A DNA stretch of 64,000 nucleotides, taken from positions 1 to 64,000 of the IMG/VR virus record IMGVR_UViG_3300020191_000008. One strand, given 5' to 3'. Position 1 is the first letter of the stretch; every line of letters begins with the position of its first letter. Source of the stretch: a virus. Lineage: Duplodnaviria > Caudoviricetes. The notes beneath the pieces were generated by a model, which was not told where the DNA came from, searched no databases, and worked only from the letters and a program-made list of their open reading frames with translations. The position numbers and the translations under genes are program-made. Of this stretch, positions 35,387 to 45,790 are shown in pieces.

Positions 35387-37640
35387 TTACATTTTATCAA
35401 CTGGAGACTCTACTATTTCAGGAAGTTCTTATAGTATTCTTGAAACAAATCAACTAGCATTCAAGCAAAATGAGTATTCTTCAATAAAATATTACATGTT
35501 GGAGGAAGATGGTAGAGCTAAGGACAACTCTTTTCATTTTGACTCTTCTATTATTGAAAGTGGATTTTCTTCTTTGGTTTCATTAAATTCTCAAACTTTG
35601 GTGGAGGGAAATTTTGAAGTATCTACTGGTAGAAATCAATATTACTATACAATTACTGATAGTGGTAATTATACGATAGATATAGAAAATTCAGATAATA
35701 AATTTATTTTTGACTCACTTATACCAATTGATGATGATTCTGTTATATATTACGAAGGTAGAGATTATTCAATACCATTTATACAAGAAAAAACTGGAAT
35801 TGCTATAGGTTCTTGGAGTGATTCTTTAGATGATTTATTGACTTCGGTTGATTCTGTAGACACAACCGCTGACATCGCAGAATTACAGGAGAAGTATTTT
35901 TTATTTTTTAATGGACAAAAAATATCAGATTTTTCTGCCGCCACTGACTTGGACGATGCTTCAGGTATTATGTTTGCAATGCCGAGAAAAACAAAAATAA
36001 ACGATGTCTATGGTTCTGCCGCAGATATTTATGGTAGCGGATTTATTGATAATCAAGTTGATTTTTATTTGAATGGTATGAGGCAAGACCCGCAAGATGC
36101 TTTGCAGTTATATACTGGGGTGGGTATGATACAAACGGGCGTTAGTTCTTCTATTTCGATAAAAACAGTTTCTACTGATAACTTTTTAGTGGGAGAAGTG
36201 TTAAATTTAGAAAGAAACGATCAAGTCTCTAAAGATGTAACTGTTGAAGAAGCTGAACCGATTCATGGCATAGAGGTTGAAGAAGACATTTTTGAACAGG
36301 GTGATACAATTGATACTACTGTGATAGGGGCAGCGTCAAGATCTTTTAGATCAAACAGGAAAAACTTCTTAAAAGTTTCGGACAATAGTCTCCTTTCTAT
36401 AGGAGATGGATCAAATGACTCTGAGTTTTCTACGTGTTTTTGGGTTAAAATTCCTCAAAATGGAAGGTTTCTTTTTCAAAAGGGTGGATTCGGTAAAGAA
36501 GAGTACGTACTACAAGTATACGCAGATTATATTTCGTTCGAAATATATGATCAATCAGGATTCCAATCAAGGATACAGGCAAAAACTTTAGAAGGTATTG
36601 ACTACAATATATGGAATCATATTTCAATTACTTATGATGGAACAGCAAGTCAAAATGGAATTGACATTTACGTAAATGGAATTAGTTACCAATGTGATAA
36701 ATTTGAAAAAGGATCGTATTCTAGTTCGAACGACTTAGATGGAGAACTTTATATTGGATCATATTATCCATATACTTCAATGCTAACACGTTATTCTGAC
36801 TGTAAAGTAGCTGACTTTAGATTTTATGATTATCAATTAACTTCTGCTAACATAACTGATTTGTCAGACTATAGTAGCACTACTAATCCAACTACTGGTC
36901 CCATTTTATGGTTGTTCAGAAACGAGGATAGTTTAGATGATTATAGCGGCAACGAATTAGACGCAACTGAAGGTAACTCTAATTATAGCACGTTTTTCTC
37001 AACTGACGGTCCTTTTGTTACTTTTTCCATCAAAACTGATCTTTATGAATGGTGGCAAAATGCAGATTCTGCGGGAAAACATGCTTCTATTAATATAGGG
37101 ACAGCTGAGTCTACTATTAGTGGACCTAATAGTTTGAATGCATGGCATCAAACTGCTAGCGGTTCTACTACTTATACTCCAGCAAGTCTTCCCGTTGAAC
37201 CCAAAACCTTTGCGGCCATTTGGAGAATGGATGACGGAGCAGATTTGGATTCTATATTTGGAGAGATTTTAACTACAGAGGGTGGTAAGACTAGTTTTGA
37301 ATTAGATACAATTGGCTCTAATGATACAATATTGTGGAAACATAATGGATCATCTCCTTTAGATAGGAGATTTTCTGAATTAGGGATAAATCTTGATGAA
37401 TGGAATAGCATGGTTTATACTATTTATGATTCTGGACAAATAAAATTATGGATAAATGGGGAAAATGTTCCTTATAATTATTATGAAGAAGGCGTACTAT
37501 CTCAAAATGTGGGTTCTTTTATAAAATTAGGAGAAGATGCTTCTTTTGCTGTATGCATTATTTCTAGAAGAGAATGGAGTCAGACAGACGTAAATTCATT
37601 TCATAATAATGGAAACTTTGTAAAATACGAAGATTTTTAA
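35376..37640 (+). CDS. tail/receptor-binding protein with two LamG-like domains
   Basis: FSTCFWVK...WNHISITYDG...IYVNG...ADFRFYD, plus a second WNSMVYT...KLWING domain. Confidence 0.75.
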   Translation: MNFNYILSTGDSTISGSSYSILETNQLAFKQNEYSSIKYYMLEEDGRAKDNSFHFDSSIIESGFSSLVSLNSQTLVEGNFEVSTGRNQYYYTITDSGNYTIDIENSDNKFIFDSLIPIDDDSVIYYEGRDYSIPFIQEKTGIAIGSWSDSLDDLLTSVDSVDTTADIAELQEKYFLFFNGQKISDFSAATDLDDASGIMFAMPRKTKINDVYGSAADIYGSGFIDNQVDFYLNGMRQDPQDALQLYTGVGMIQTGVSSSISIKTVSTDNFLVGEVLNLERNDQVSKDVTVEEAEPIHGIEVEEDIFEQGDTIDTTVIGAASRSFRSNRKNFLKVSDNSLLSIGDGSNDSEFSTCFWVKIPQNGRFLFQKGGFGKEEYVLQVYADYISFEIYDQSGFQSRIQAKTLEGIDYNIWNHISITYDGTASQNGIDIYVNGISYQCDKFEKGSYSSSNDLDGELYIGSYYPYTSMLTRYSDCKVADFRFYDYQLTSANITDLSDYSSTTNPTTGPILWLFRNEDSLDDYSGNELDATEGNSNYSTFFSTDGPFVTFSIKTDLYEWWQNADSAGKHASINIGTAESTISGPNSLNAWHQTASGSTTYTPASLPVEPKTFAAIWRMDDGADLDSIFGEILTTEGGKTSFELDTIGSNDTILWKHNGSSPLDRRFSELGINLDEWNSMVYTIYDSGQIKLWINGENVPYNYYEEGVLSQNVGSFIKLGEDASFAVCIISRREWSQTDVNSFHNNGNFVKYEDF

Positions 37641-37672
37641 TATCAGTGTAATTAAATATAGATAATATTAAT

Positions 37673-40192
37673 ATGCCAAGCCTCAACGAAGAAAGAAAAG
37701 CTATAACTGGTTTAGAACTTAACTTTTCTAGTTCTGGTAGTAGTCATTCTGCCACAATTACAACAGTTTTAAATGCTAAAGATTTATCAGACAATGAATC
37801 TGAATTAGGTTCTTTGATAGGACATGGCGCAGGAAGAACAACTTTTTCGAATCCAACAATTGGCAAGCTACTGCAAAATTTTATTGAAGTAGAAAGAACT
37901 GTAAGTCAGGACGGTGATAAAAAATCTATATCTATAAAATATGAAGATATTACTTCTTTAAAATTAAAGTCTCATTGCTTTGTTGTTAGGGGTAGAGATT
38001 CGCACCCCCAAGATAAAGGATTTTCTGCTGGATTAAACGCTGCCTCTTCTCGTTTTACAAGGAGAAACTTGGATAATAGTGGGAATAACCTAACTAACTT
38101 AGGTTCTTCTAACCCAATTAATCAAATAAATTCTAGTGGAGCTGGAGAATATGCCTTCATGCCATACTTTAGTGAGCTGCCAAATTCACCAATAACAAAT
38201 CCAGATCAAAAATTTCCTTTACGTCAACCAAGGAAAACTGGAGCGGCAATTATTATTGGGAATGTTTATAATGAGGAAAGTTCTGTAACTTCAGATGGAG
38301 ATAAAACTTCTCTAGTTTATCAAGATGGAGAATTGATAGAAGAGTTCAGCTATAATGAAGAAAAGATATCTTTACATTACAAAAAAAATCCAGATTTGGC
38401 AAGCTATAATATAAAAGTTGGATATACGTTATCTGAAGCTAAAAAAGGTTTTGCTTCAGCTGGAATAGCTATTGTCGGTTTACCAGAGTCTAGTGGAAAT
38501 AAAGTTTTGTTTGATGTTTCTGGTAGTTTAGATTCTGTTTTATCAGCTATTGCCTCCAAATACGGATACTACTGGTTTGTTGATCCATTTCAAGCAGGAG
38601 TTATACGATTTGTTAATTCGTCTGCTGCTTCTCAGTTAATTGTCACAAACCCGTTGGAGCAATCTGGTTCAATACAATCAAAATATTTGAATGCTTCTTT
38701 TACGGAGAATTTTCTTACTCCTAAAATAGTAAATGCGTTCAGTTCTACGATTGAAAAACAAAAACAAACTTTTGAGTTTGGAGATGGACAGAGGTATACT
38801 AGGTTTGAGAGATTTGATCCTTCTAAAATCCTTTCTCAAACAAAGATAGACTCAAGTATATTTGAAGCGTTTTATGGATTATTCTTATCTGGACAATTAA
38901 CGTCATCAGACATTTTTGATGTAATCGCTATCGTAATTACACAAAAATTAAAAGACAAAATAAAATGGGGTGAAAGTTGGGAGGATTCAAGTGTTATAAA
39001 AGAACAAGAACTTCTTAGTTTTAAGGAGGTGGCCCCTGCAACTCAAGATAGAAAGAACATGAAAAAAAGCCTTAAAGAATCTGGATCTGCTTTAAATCTT
39101 GAGGACGCGAAGTATATACTATTAAAAAAGAGACTAAAAAAAGTTAATAGACCTTCAGGTTTGGAATTAAATGGAATTGTACAAGATGCAATGTCTGTTT
39201 TGTTCAATTCTATTTATACCAGCAAAAGAATTGGTCGTTTCAAAGCTAAAAGAATGCAATGGGGAAGTTCTCCAATGAATATATCTGGACCCCATATTCT
39301 CACAACGGGAAAAGTTGCAAAAATTAAAGAAGTGGATCAACTTCAATCTTTAGATAATCTTTTACAAAGAATGGGTAAACCAGATTTGCTATTGAATGAA
39401 TTATTTGATGAGACTGGCAATGGTGAGTATGGTTTTGTTGGCACAGTAACAGGTAATCAAAAACAAATGTCGGACGCTGAGAAATCGGACATTGATTATT
39501 CAAAAATAAGTTCAGATAATTATGCTTTTATTCAAAACACAACAAGTCAAAAGATGTTTCTAGCGATCAAAGAAGACTTAATAGATGAAATTTCAAGACT
39601 TGTTTCAGCTTCTATAAGAATATTTAAAGAAGCTTTAGAGGCAAAATCCGAAAGCACTATAAAAAGCATGAAAGCTTACTATACTAGATCAAAAAAACCA
39701 ACTGACGAACCAGAAACTGAAGAGACGAAAAAAGAAGAAGAGGCAAGAACAAACAGAATAGCGGGGCTTACTGCTATTCAGCAAAGCTTAGATGAGGTAG
39801 GAGAAAGATTCGATATTAAGTATTTTAGCTTGAAAACTAATGGAGCTAGTGGTGACCCTACATCACCAGTAAACCTTGATGTCAAAAATGGGAAAATATC
39901 TGACATATTAGCCCTTGAAAATTCAAACTCTTATTCAAGACAACCAAGGAGTTCTCAAAGTTCAAGTAGGACTATAGTAGGACTAAGCTTGCCGACATCT
40001 TTTAAAATTACTTTATCGTCAGTTTCGGTAAGTCTAAGTGGCTCTGGAGTAACTACAACGATTAATGAGTCAACGAAAAATCTACTACCATTAGATGACT
40101 CTTTAATTATAGACTCTAACTCTAAAGCTACGGTAAGTAAGAATTTCTATGGAAGACTTAAAGCTAATCAGAAGAACTTCTTAGGACTGTAA
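37673..40192 (+). CDS. putative tail hub/central tip protein
   Basis: 839 aa, last gene of the structural run; YGYYWFVDP hub-like segment. Confidence 0.55.
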   Translation: MPSLNEERKAITGLELNFSSSGSSHSATITTVLNAKDLSDNESELGSLIGHGAGRTTFSNPTIGKLLQNFIEVERTVSQDGDKKSISIKYEDITSLKLKSHCFVVRGRDSHPQDKGFSAGLNAASSRFTRRNLDNSGNNLTNLGSSNPINQINSSGAGEYAFMPYFSELPNSPITNPDQKFPLRQPRKTGAAIIIGNVYNEESSVTSDGDKTSLVYQDGELIEEFSYNEEKISLHYKKNPDLASYNIKVGYTLSEAKKGFASAGIAIVGLPESSGNKVLFDVSGSLDSVLSAIASKYGYYWFVDPFQAGVIRFVNSSAASQLIVTNPLEQSGSIQSKYLNASFTENFLTPKIVNAFSSTIEKQKQTFEFGDGQRYTRFERFDPSKILSQTKIDSSIFEAFYGLFLSGQLTSSDIFDVIAIVITQKLKDKIKWGESWEDSSVIKEQELLSFKEVAPATQDRKNMKKSLKESGSALNLEDAKYILLKKRLKKVNRPSGLELNGIVQDAMSVLFNSIYTSKRIGRFKAKRMQWGSSPMNISGPHILTTGKVAKIKEVDQLQSLDNLLQRMGKPDLLLNELFDETGNGEYGFVGTVTGNQKQMSDAEKSDIDYSKISSDNYAFIQNTTSQKMFLAIKEDLIDEISRLVSASIRIFKEALEAKSESTIKSMKAYYTRSKKPTDEPETEETKKEEEARTNRIAGLTAIQQSLDEVGERFDIKYFSLKTNGASGDPTSPVNLDVKNGKISDILALENSNSYSRQPRSSQSSSRTIVGLSLPTSFKITLSSVSVSLSGSGVTTTINESTKNLLPLDDSLIIDSNSKATVSKNFYGRLKANQKNFLGL

Positions 40193-40960
40193 TTTCTTTA
40201 AAGCAGCTCTGATTTTACGAGCCTCTTTTGCTGGGATGTCTGAGAAATCATTCCAGTCCTTAGCATCTGGATTTTTATATTTTTCTTCAGTCCACAGCTT
40301 TCTTAAAAGAACTTTGAAGTCTTCAAAAGATTCTCCATTCATTTCATCAACAAATGTCATCTTGAGTTGAACTATAGGAGACAATACAGATACAGAATCA
40401 ATCTCATCACTTGATGCTTCAATGTAGGGTGCATTCATTGCATCTTTTGATTTGTCTATCTCATCTGCTCCTACAATGTGGATATTTAGGAAGTTTCGCA
40501 CACATCTTACAAAAGCTCTATTACAAGCAATAGTTTCTAAAAACTTTGCCGCGAAAGACCCTGTATTTTGAAGTGTTGCATTAGCCACATCTTGGTAGAC
40601 AATACGTTCTTCGTTGCTTTCATAGTTTGGAGACCAAATGATCTCACAGCTTGCGATTACATAAGTATCGCTTAAATGGTCGGTCTTAAAAGAAACGCCC
40701 TCAAAACCTCTAAGGCGAGCAAGCTCTTTAATCCCGCCCAACATAATCAAAAGCTGTTTATCATCTAAACCTTCTGAAGAAGTAGGGACATCTTTTTTAC
40801 GAGCTGTAAACCAATCTTTATTGGGGTAAAGAAATTCTGGCTTAATCATCGCCCTCCAATTTACAGAGCCATCATCGTTAAACTCGTACTCAGCATTTTC
40901 TAGAAGGCCATGTTTGTTTCGCTTATAAACGTCAGGACCGTAAATCTTTTCTTCACTCAT
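40181..40960 (-). CDS. putative Rad52-like single-strand annealing protein
   Basis: LGGIKELARLRG...DVANAT..N...ETIACNRAFVRCVRNFLNI resembles the Rad52/Sak-like core. Confidence 0.5.
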   Translation of the reverse strand: MSEEKIYGPDVYKRNKHGLLENAEYEFNDDGSVNWRAMIKPEFLYPNKDWFTARKKDVPTSSEGLDDKQLLIMLGGIKELARLRGFEGVSFKTDHLSDTYVIASCEIIWSPNYESNEERIVYQDVANATLQNTGSFAAKFLETIACNRAFVRCVRNFLNIHIVGADEIDKSKDAMNAPYIEASSDEIDSVSVLSPIVQLKMTFVDEMNGESFEDFKVLLRKLWTEEKYKNPDAKDWNDFSDIPAKEARKIRAALKKLQS

Positions 40961-40961
40961 T

Positions 40962-42071
40962 TCAATCGGTGTAAACCATAAGTTTCTCTAAGTCAATGAA
41001 AATATCGTCTAAATTTTCTTTTCCGTTCGCTTCAAAAAGAGAGTGGTATGCCTCGCCATTTTTCATGTATATGGAGTAAGATCTAATTTTGAAGTTTTTC
41101 TTTGGAAGTTTAATTTGTTTTTTATTTAATTCTATCTTCTCAGCATCTTCAATTAATGCTATTTGATAATCAAAAAACTTATACCTTTCTTCATTTAAAT
41201 TTTCTTTGCTTGTGCAAAACAGCCGCAAGGATAAGCCTTTATTTTTAACTTTTTTGATAAAGTCTTCATCGAAACGATCAGAGAAATAATTAACGCAGTT
41301 TATATTTTTCTGATTTAATATTTCATCACCTAAAGGTTTATTTGTGACAATTGATATATTATTATTTCTGAAGAGATGAATACAATTTTCTTCATTATGA
41401 AGCAAGTCGAATCTAAGGACTACATTTTTAGAAGATACTTGATACTTATTGTCAGGGATAATGTGAATCAACTTTTCTTTAAATTTATCCCCTACATAGA
41501 GGGTTTTGTGAGAACATTTATTCTTGCCTAGCTTTTTTAAGATAGCATTAGCAATCTCTTCTGGTTTAATTAGATTGATTTTTTTGGGGTTTTCTTTTAA
41601 AGAGTACGAGGGTTTTTCTTTATTCCTGTGAGACTCAATTAATTTATGATTTTTTTTATGCCCCCAAACTGGCCCACATGTAGAAGCATATGTGTGAGCG
41701 TAAATTGCTACTATTGGTTTGTTAAAAGAAGAAGCAATGTGTACTGGAAGACTATCAATACCAACATGCATCAATGCATTTTTAATTATATAAGCGGACT
41801 GCTTTATATTTAAGGTGGGAACGAATTTTGTAGCGTTTTTTATTGTTGGCTCTTTACCAGAACCTATTTGAATAAAATTAATTTCTGGAGCTTGCTTTTT
41901 TACCAAGACAATAACTTCTTCCCAATAATCGTATTCTTTAGATTGAACTTTATTGTCATTGTGGATGGTGATATAATTATCATAAAGTATTGGAAAGAAG
42001 TGAGGTTTTAGATATGGTTCTCCAATTTTTACTCCCAAGTCTTTTGCGTAAACTTCTACTAAGTGGCTCAT
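40962..42071 (-). CDS. GT9-like (heptosyltransferase-type) glycosyltransferase
   Basis: KEYDYW, IQIG, HVGIDSLPVHIASSFNKPIVAIY motifs. Confidence 0.8.
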   Translation of the reverse strand: MSHLVEVYAKDLGVKIGEPYLKPHFFPILYDNYITIHNDNKVQSKEYDYWEEVIVLVKKQAPEINFIQIGSGKEPTIKNATKFVPTLNIKQSAYIIKNALMHVGIDSLPVHIASSFNKPIVAIYAHTYASTCGPVWGHKKNHKLIESHRNKEKPSYSLKENPKKINLIKPEEIANAILKKLGKNKCSHKTLYVGDKFKEKLIHIIPDNKYQVSSKNVVLRFDLLHNEENCIHLFRNNNISIVTNKPLGDEILNQKNINCVNYFSDRFDEDFIKKVKNKGLSLRLFCTSKENLNEERYKFFDYQIALIEDAEKIELNKKQIKLPKKNFKIRSYSIYMKNGEAYHSLFEANGKENLDDIFIDLEKLMVYTD

Positions 42072-43780
42072 TTTAATCTAAATTGTGTTTTGTCTTTGCC
42101 ATTATGATTGTAACTGTATGTTTTTTGAGTCATACAGTGAGGCAGGAAAGCCATATCAAAAAGACCTTCATGACCACCTCTACCTTCAAGAACGTATAGA
42201 TCTTCGAAAGAGCTTGAGTATGGAATTACTTTGTGTACAAAGGGGTTATCGTTAATTAAGTCGTAAAATTCTGGTTGAGTTACGAAGAATATTTTTTTAT
42301 CAGGGTAAAGCTGACTCAAGTTTTCTATTAATGAATTGGCCATCAATACATCTCCAGCTGACCTTGGTAGAACAACTGCGATTCTATCTTCCAGTGGAAC
42401 GTCTTTAAGGAAGTCTTGTATTGATAGCCTTGTTTCTTTAGATTTTTCTTCTTCTTTTTCTTCTTCAGAGGTTCTTAACTCTACCGACTTAATAAAGTTT
42501 TTTAATTTCTCTACGGTATTTTCAACCGAAAAGTTTTCTTGGACATATTTCTTTCCAGTTTCAATAAGCTTGTGTTTGGATTCTTCATCCATCTCATAAA
42601 CTTGTTGTAGCCTTTCGCAAATACTCTCTGGACATGTTGTAGCTTTTATAAACTGGGTGCTTGGTTCTCTATACTCGTTCCAAGCTAGAGGGAGTCCTCC
42701 TTGATGCTCATACGCTGAATCAGTGCCGCAAGAATAGTCTGTGACGAGAGTTATCAAGCCAGCAGCTTTAGCCTCTTGGATTGGTAGCTCCTGCCCTCCA
42801 CTTGTGAATGGGTGGCAGTAAACATCCATCATGTTATAGATTTCGTTTAACTCTTTCTCGCCTACTCCTTTGCCGCTGTTTTTTGTTTTTACAGATTTTT
42901 CGGAACCACATGAAGAACAATTTTTGTCTTCACCAGAGTAAGGTTGGATGAAATAATCATCGCACTTATGACACACATAAGTTGACAAAACACTTCCGTC
43001 TTCAAGATCTTTTTCTTTTAAATATCTTGGTATATCCCATCCATGTTGCTTCTCGCCCCAATCCGTGTGGAGTAAGAGTTTTGCTTTTACTTCTGGGTTT
43101 TTGGATTTGAATTTCTTAAAACCTTCTAGAATATTTGGAACTGATTTTCTTAATTGATTTTTGAATACAAAACCAATAACGAAATTATCACTAAGGCTAT
43201 GCAAATTTCGTAGGTCATCTCTATTTTCCAATGGTTTAAAGTGGCTGTAGTCAACAGCGCCATGCACAGTCTCTACAGTTTCATGACCAAGCTCTTTCAT
43301 TGCTTCTTCTGCGAAGCTCGCCCAAACAAGCATTTGGTCACATTTCGGTTCTGTCTCTATTGCTTGCTGTAGGATAGGTAAGCTATCCAGAGTTGTCCAA
43401 ATGATTTTTTTTGTTTTATTCCACCAAGGCTTTTTCTCGTATTCTCTAAATGCCCAAATATCCTCAATGCCCAAAAATACGTCTGGATTTACTTTTTCTA
43501 CAATCTTGTCGATAGTATAAAACCCATATTGAGCAGCCCTTTTCTTTACTGGCTCTTCCTCTATTGCCTTTAAGATTTTTGGGTCAGAAGGGTATGTGCC
43601 GTAAGATTCCCAAGGTGTATTGATATCTCTGCCATAAGGCACTCCATTGGCAGCTTCGATAACTTCAATGTCTGGATCACGGTAAAGAGCGAGGAGAATA
43701 TTTTTCATATTCTTCCCAAACCCCGTTACCATGCGGGAGTAATTAGATTGAACTAAGACTTTAATTTTAGAATGGGACAT
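42068..43780 (-). CDS. GT4 glycosyltransferase with zinc-ribbon insert and C-terminal GT9-like domain
   Basis: TGFGK, HGAVD, MDVYCHPFTSGGQELPIQEAKAAG; CHKC...CSSC; LPRSAGDVLMA. Start MSHSK (43780). Confidence 0.85.
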   Translation of the reverse strand: MSHSKIKVLVQSNYSRMVTGFGKNMKNILLALYRDPDIEVIEAANGVPYGRDINTPWESYGTYPSDPKILKAIEEEPVKKRAAQYGFYTIDKIVEKVNPDVFLGIEDIWAFREYEKKPWWNKTKKIIWTTLDSLPILQQAIETEPKCDQMLVWASFAEEAMKELGHETVETVHGAVDYSHFKPLENRDDLRNLHSLSDNFVIGFVFKNQLRKSVPNILEGFKKFKSKNPEVKAKLLLHTDWGEKQHGWDIPRYLKEKDLEDGSVLSTYVCHKCDDYFIQPYSGEDKNCSSCGSEKSVKTKNSGKGVGEKELNEIYNMMDVYCHPFTSGGQELPIQEAKAAGLITLVTDYSCGTDSAYEHQGGLPLAWNEYREPSTQFIKATTCPESICERLQQVYEMDEESKHKLIETGKKYVQENFSVENTVEKLKNFIKSVELRTSEEEKEEEKSKETRLSIQDFLKDVPLEDRIAVVLPRSAGDVLMANSLIENLSQLYPDKKIFFVTQPEFYDLINDNPFVHKVIPYSSSFEDLYVLEGRGGHEGLFDMAFLPHCMTQKTYSYNHNGKDKTQFRLK

Positions 43781-44345
43781 CGTCATCGTCATCCTCAACA
43801 ACTGAGGCTTTTGGCTTTGGTTTTTGGTAAGTTTTTTGTGGCTGTTCTTGTTTGTAGGCTTCTGATTGGGCAACCAGACTTTCTTTAATGTAGCCTTCAA
43901 GAAGGATGGCTAAACACTCAGCTTCTCCTGCTTCAATTGGGAGCTTGAAGAATTGCGAAGAATTTTTTGTAACTGTTAACCCCCAAGCTGGAGATTTGAA
44001 GGTTTCTTGACCATCTTTGTTTTTAATAATGCGATTTTTATCCCAAGGAGTGAGTTTAATAATGGTGGTTTTATCTTCAGTTTTATGAAAACCAACAAAA
44101 GGAATGCGTGTTTTCATGCAAGACAGAAATTCACCAGCCTCATTCTCTGTTAACTTGATCGTTGTAGATTTTTCTGGATTTTTTGCATTTTCTTTAAAAG
44201 AGCCTGTTTTCCGTTCATCATTCCAGCTGTGTTGTAAAATCATTGAGACAAAAAGCACAGGCTTACCGTTCCTGTCTTTAGTGGAATCAAAGGTGAAGGC
44301 AGATCCAGTATTTTTAGCGTTTGGTTTATAAAGTGTAAATTTCAT
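43767..44345 (-). CDS. ssb: single-stranded DNA-binding protein
   Basis: Aromatic/basic beta-rich core, Q/P/K linker and an acidic tail ending EDDDDDVPF. Confidence 0.7.
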   Translation of the reverse strand: MKFTLYKPNAKNTGSAFTFDSTKDRNGKPVLFVSMILQHSWNDERKTGSFKENAKNPEKSTTIKLTENEAGEFLSCMKTRIPFVGFHKTEDKTTIIKLTPWDKNRIIKNKDGQETFKSPAWGLTVTKNSSQFFKLPIEAGEAECLAILLEGYIKESLVAQSEAYKQEQPQKTYQKPKPKASVVEDDDDDVPF

Positions 44346-44383
44346 AGAAAAAGTGTATTCTTATTTAGATAATCTATTGTATC

Positions 44384-45409
44384 ATGGCATTTACAAAAAT
44401 TCAACCTCAACAACTTCAATTACCTACTTTTTTGAGTAATAGTGGGGATATTACGTTTACTGACAATGTGACTGGAGTAGATGCGAATATAAGTAGGAGT
44501 TTAGATGGCGATTTTGAAATCAATGGTACATTGACTATTTCTAGTAATGAGGTTATTACAACGTCTAATAGTAATACCACGTCTTCTTCTAATATTATTT
44601 TAGGTGGGACAAACAACAGTATTACTGGAACAAATAATGTTTTGCTAAATGGAACAGCTAATACTTCATTCTCTGGCAATTATAATGTTTTAATAAATGG
44701 TTCTTTAAATGACTTTGGCGCTAGTGGACAAAACAATACTATTCTTGCTGGTAGACAGTGTTCTTTCGATGATCAAATCACTGGTTCTGTAATTCTTGCG
44801 GACCACAAAACTATAGAAACCAATGACAAAAATCATTCTTTATTAGTTTCTTTCGACAGCGGAATTGAATTTAAATCTGTAAATAGTGGCGTTGTATTTT
44901 CTGATGATGCAATTTTTAATGATCTTGTTGAGTTTAATGATACTGTTAATCTCAATTCAAGTTTGAATGTTGGCGATGTCGCAACTTTTTCTGGATCAAC
45001 TACTATTGAGAATTCTTTAGATGTCACTGGGAATTCAACAGTAGGAAACTTAAATGCAACTGGAAATTTAGGGGTTACTGGAACTGCTGAATTTGGTGGA
45101 ACTGTTGATATAGATAATACCCTTACCCTTCAAGATAACTCAGAAGCAGCATCGCAGACTTGGGTTAACGAAACGGGAGTTAGATTAAAAATCTCTCACG
45201 AAAGTCATGCCGCCTTACCAACATACTTAAATACAGCTTACTCTAATTCGTTTGGAACAAATTCTTCAAATATATTGAACTCTGGACAGCCTGTAACTGG
45301 GTTTTTATTAGTTGATACTGTCGCGAACCCAGACGAAGCGAAATTAGTTTTTGTTACAGATTCTTTTACTGGAGCATTAGATTTTACACAATTTCAATAT
45401 ATTTCTTAA
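44384..45409 (+). CDS. fibre/spike-like protein with beta-helix-type repeats
   Basis: Asn/Thr/Gly repeats (ILGGTNN.ITG, NVLL.G; LDVTGN.TV, LGVTGTA.F); isolated on the + strand. Confidence 0.65.
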   Translation: MAFTKIQPQQLQLPTFLSNSGDITFTDNVTGVDANISRSLDGDFEINGTLTISSNEVITTSNSNTTSSSNIILGGTNNSITGTNNVLLNGTANTSFSGNYNVLINGSLNDFGASGQNNTILAGRQCSFDDQITGSVILADHKTIETNDKNHSLLVSFDSGIEFKSVNSGVVFSDDAIFNDLVEFNDTVNLNSSLNVGDVATFSGSTTIENSLDVTGNSTVGNLNATGNLGVTGTAEFGGTVDIDNTLTLQDNSEAASQTWVNETGVRLKISHESHAALPTYLNTAYSNSFGTNSSNILNSGQPVTGFLLVDTVANPDEAKLVFVTDSFTGALDFTQFQYIS

Positions 45410-45789
45410 TCTAAATCTATCTTTATCTTTGATGTTTCGATAGTCTTTTTTCTATCTGAGATGTGTTTTTTACCAACTTTCTTCTCGTAGTCGTTAAAGG
45501 CTTGTCTTTTAACTGGATCTTCTCCACCATTAGATTCTGCTCTTTTCGATGAAAGTTCTGCTGAGTAGTCTAAAACATCTCCAACCGTACCCTTCATTTT
45601 ACCAGTCTTTTCTACAAATTGATTATGATTCCATGCGTCTTCTTTTGTGTCTATTGAAGCGTGGGGGATCGTGAAAACCCTTTTCCATTCTAAACCAAAC
45701 TCATCAATATAAATATGCTCTTCGTTCATTGTTTGAACGATCTCTTTATATTCTTCTGTATTTGGGTTTTTGAATATGTAGATTGGCAT
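45406..45789 (-). CDS. FmdB-like protein (Cys-less zinc-ribbon-type N-terminus)
   Basis: MPIYIFKNPNTEEYKEIVQTM resembles the FmdB/MPxY phage family. Confidence 0.6.
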   Translation of the reverse strand: MPIYIFKNPNTEEYKEIVQTMNEEHIYIDEFGLEWKRVFTIPHASIDTKEDAWNHNQFVEKTGKMKGTVGDVLDYSAELSSKRAESNGGEDPVKRQAFNDYEKKVGKKHISDRKKTIETSKIKIDLD

Positions 45790-45790
45790 T

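Noticed and set aside
44352-44357. This GTGTA copy as unambiguous late-promoter evidence
   Set aside because: On the minus strand the same bases read TACACT-N6-ATG, a possible leaderless -10 for ssb, so this instance is ambiguous.
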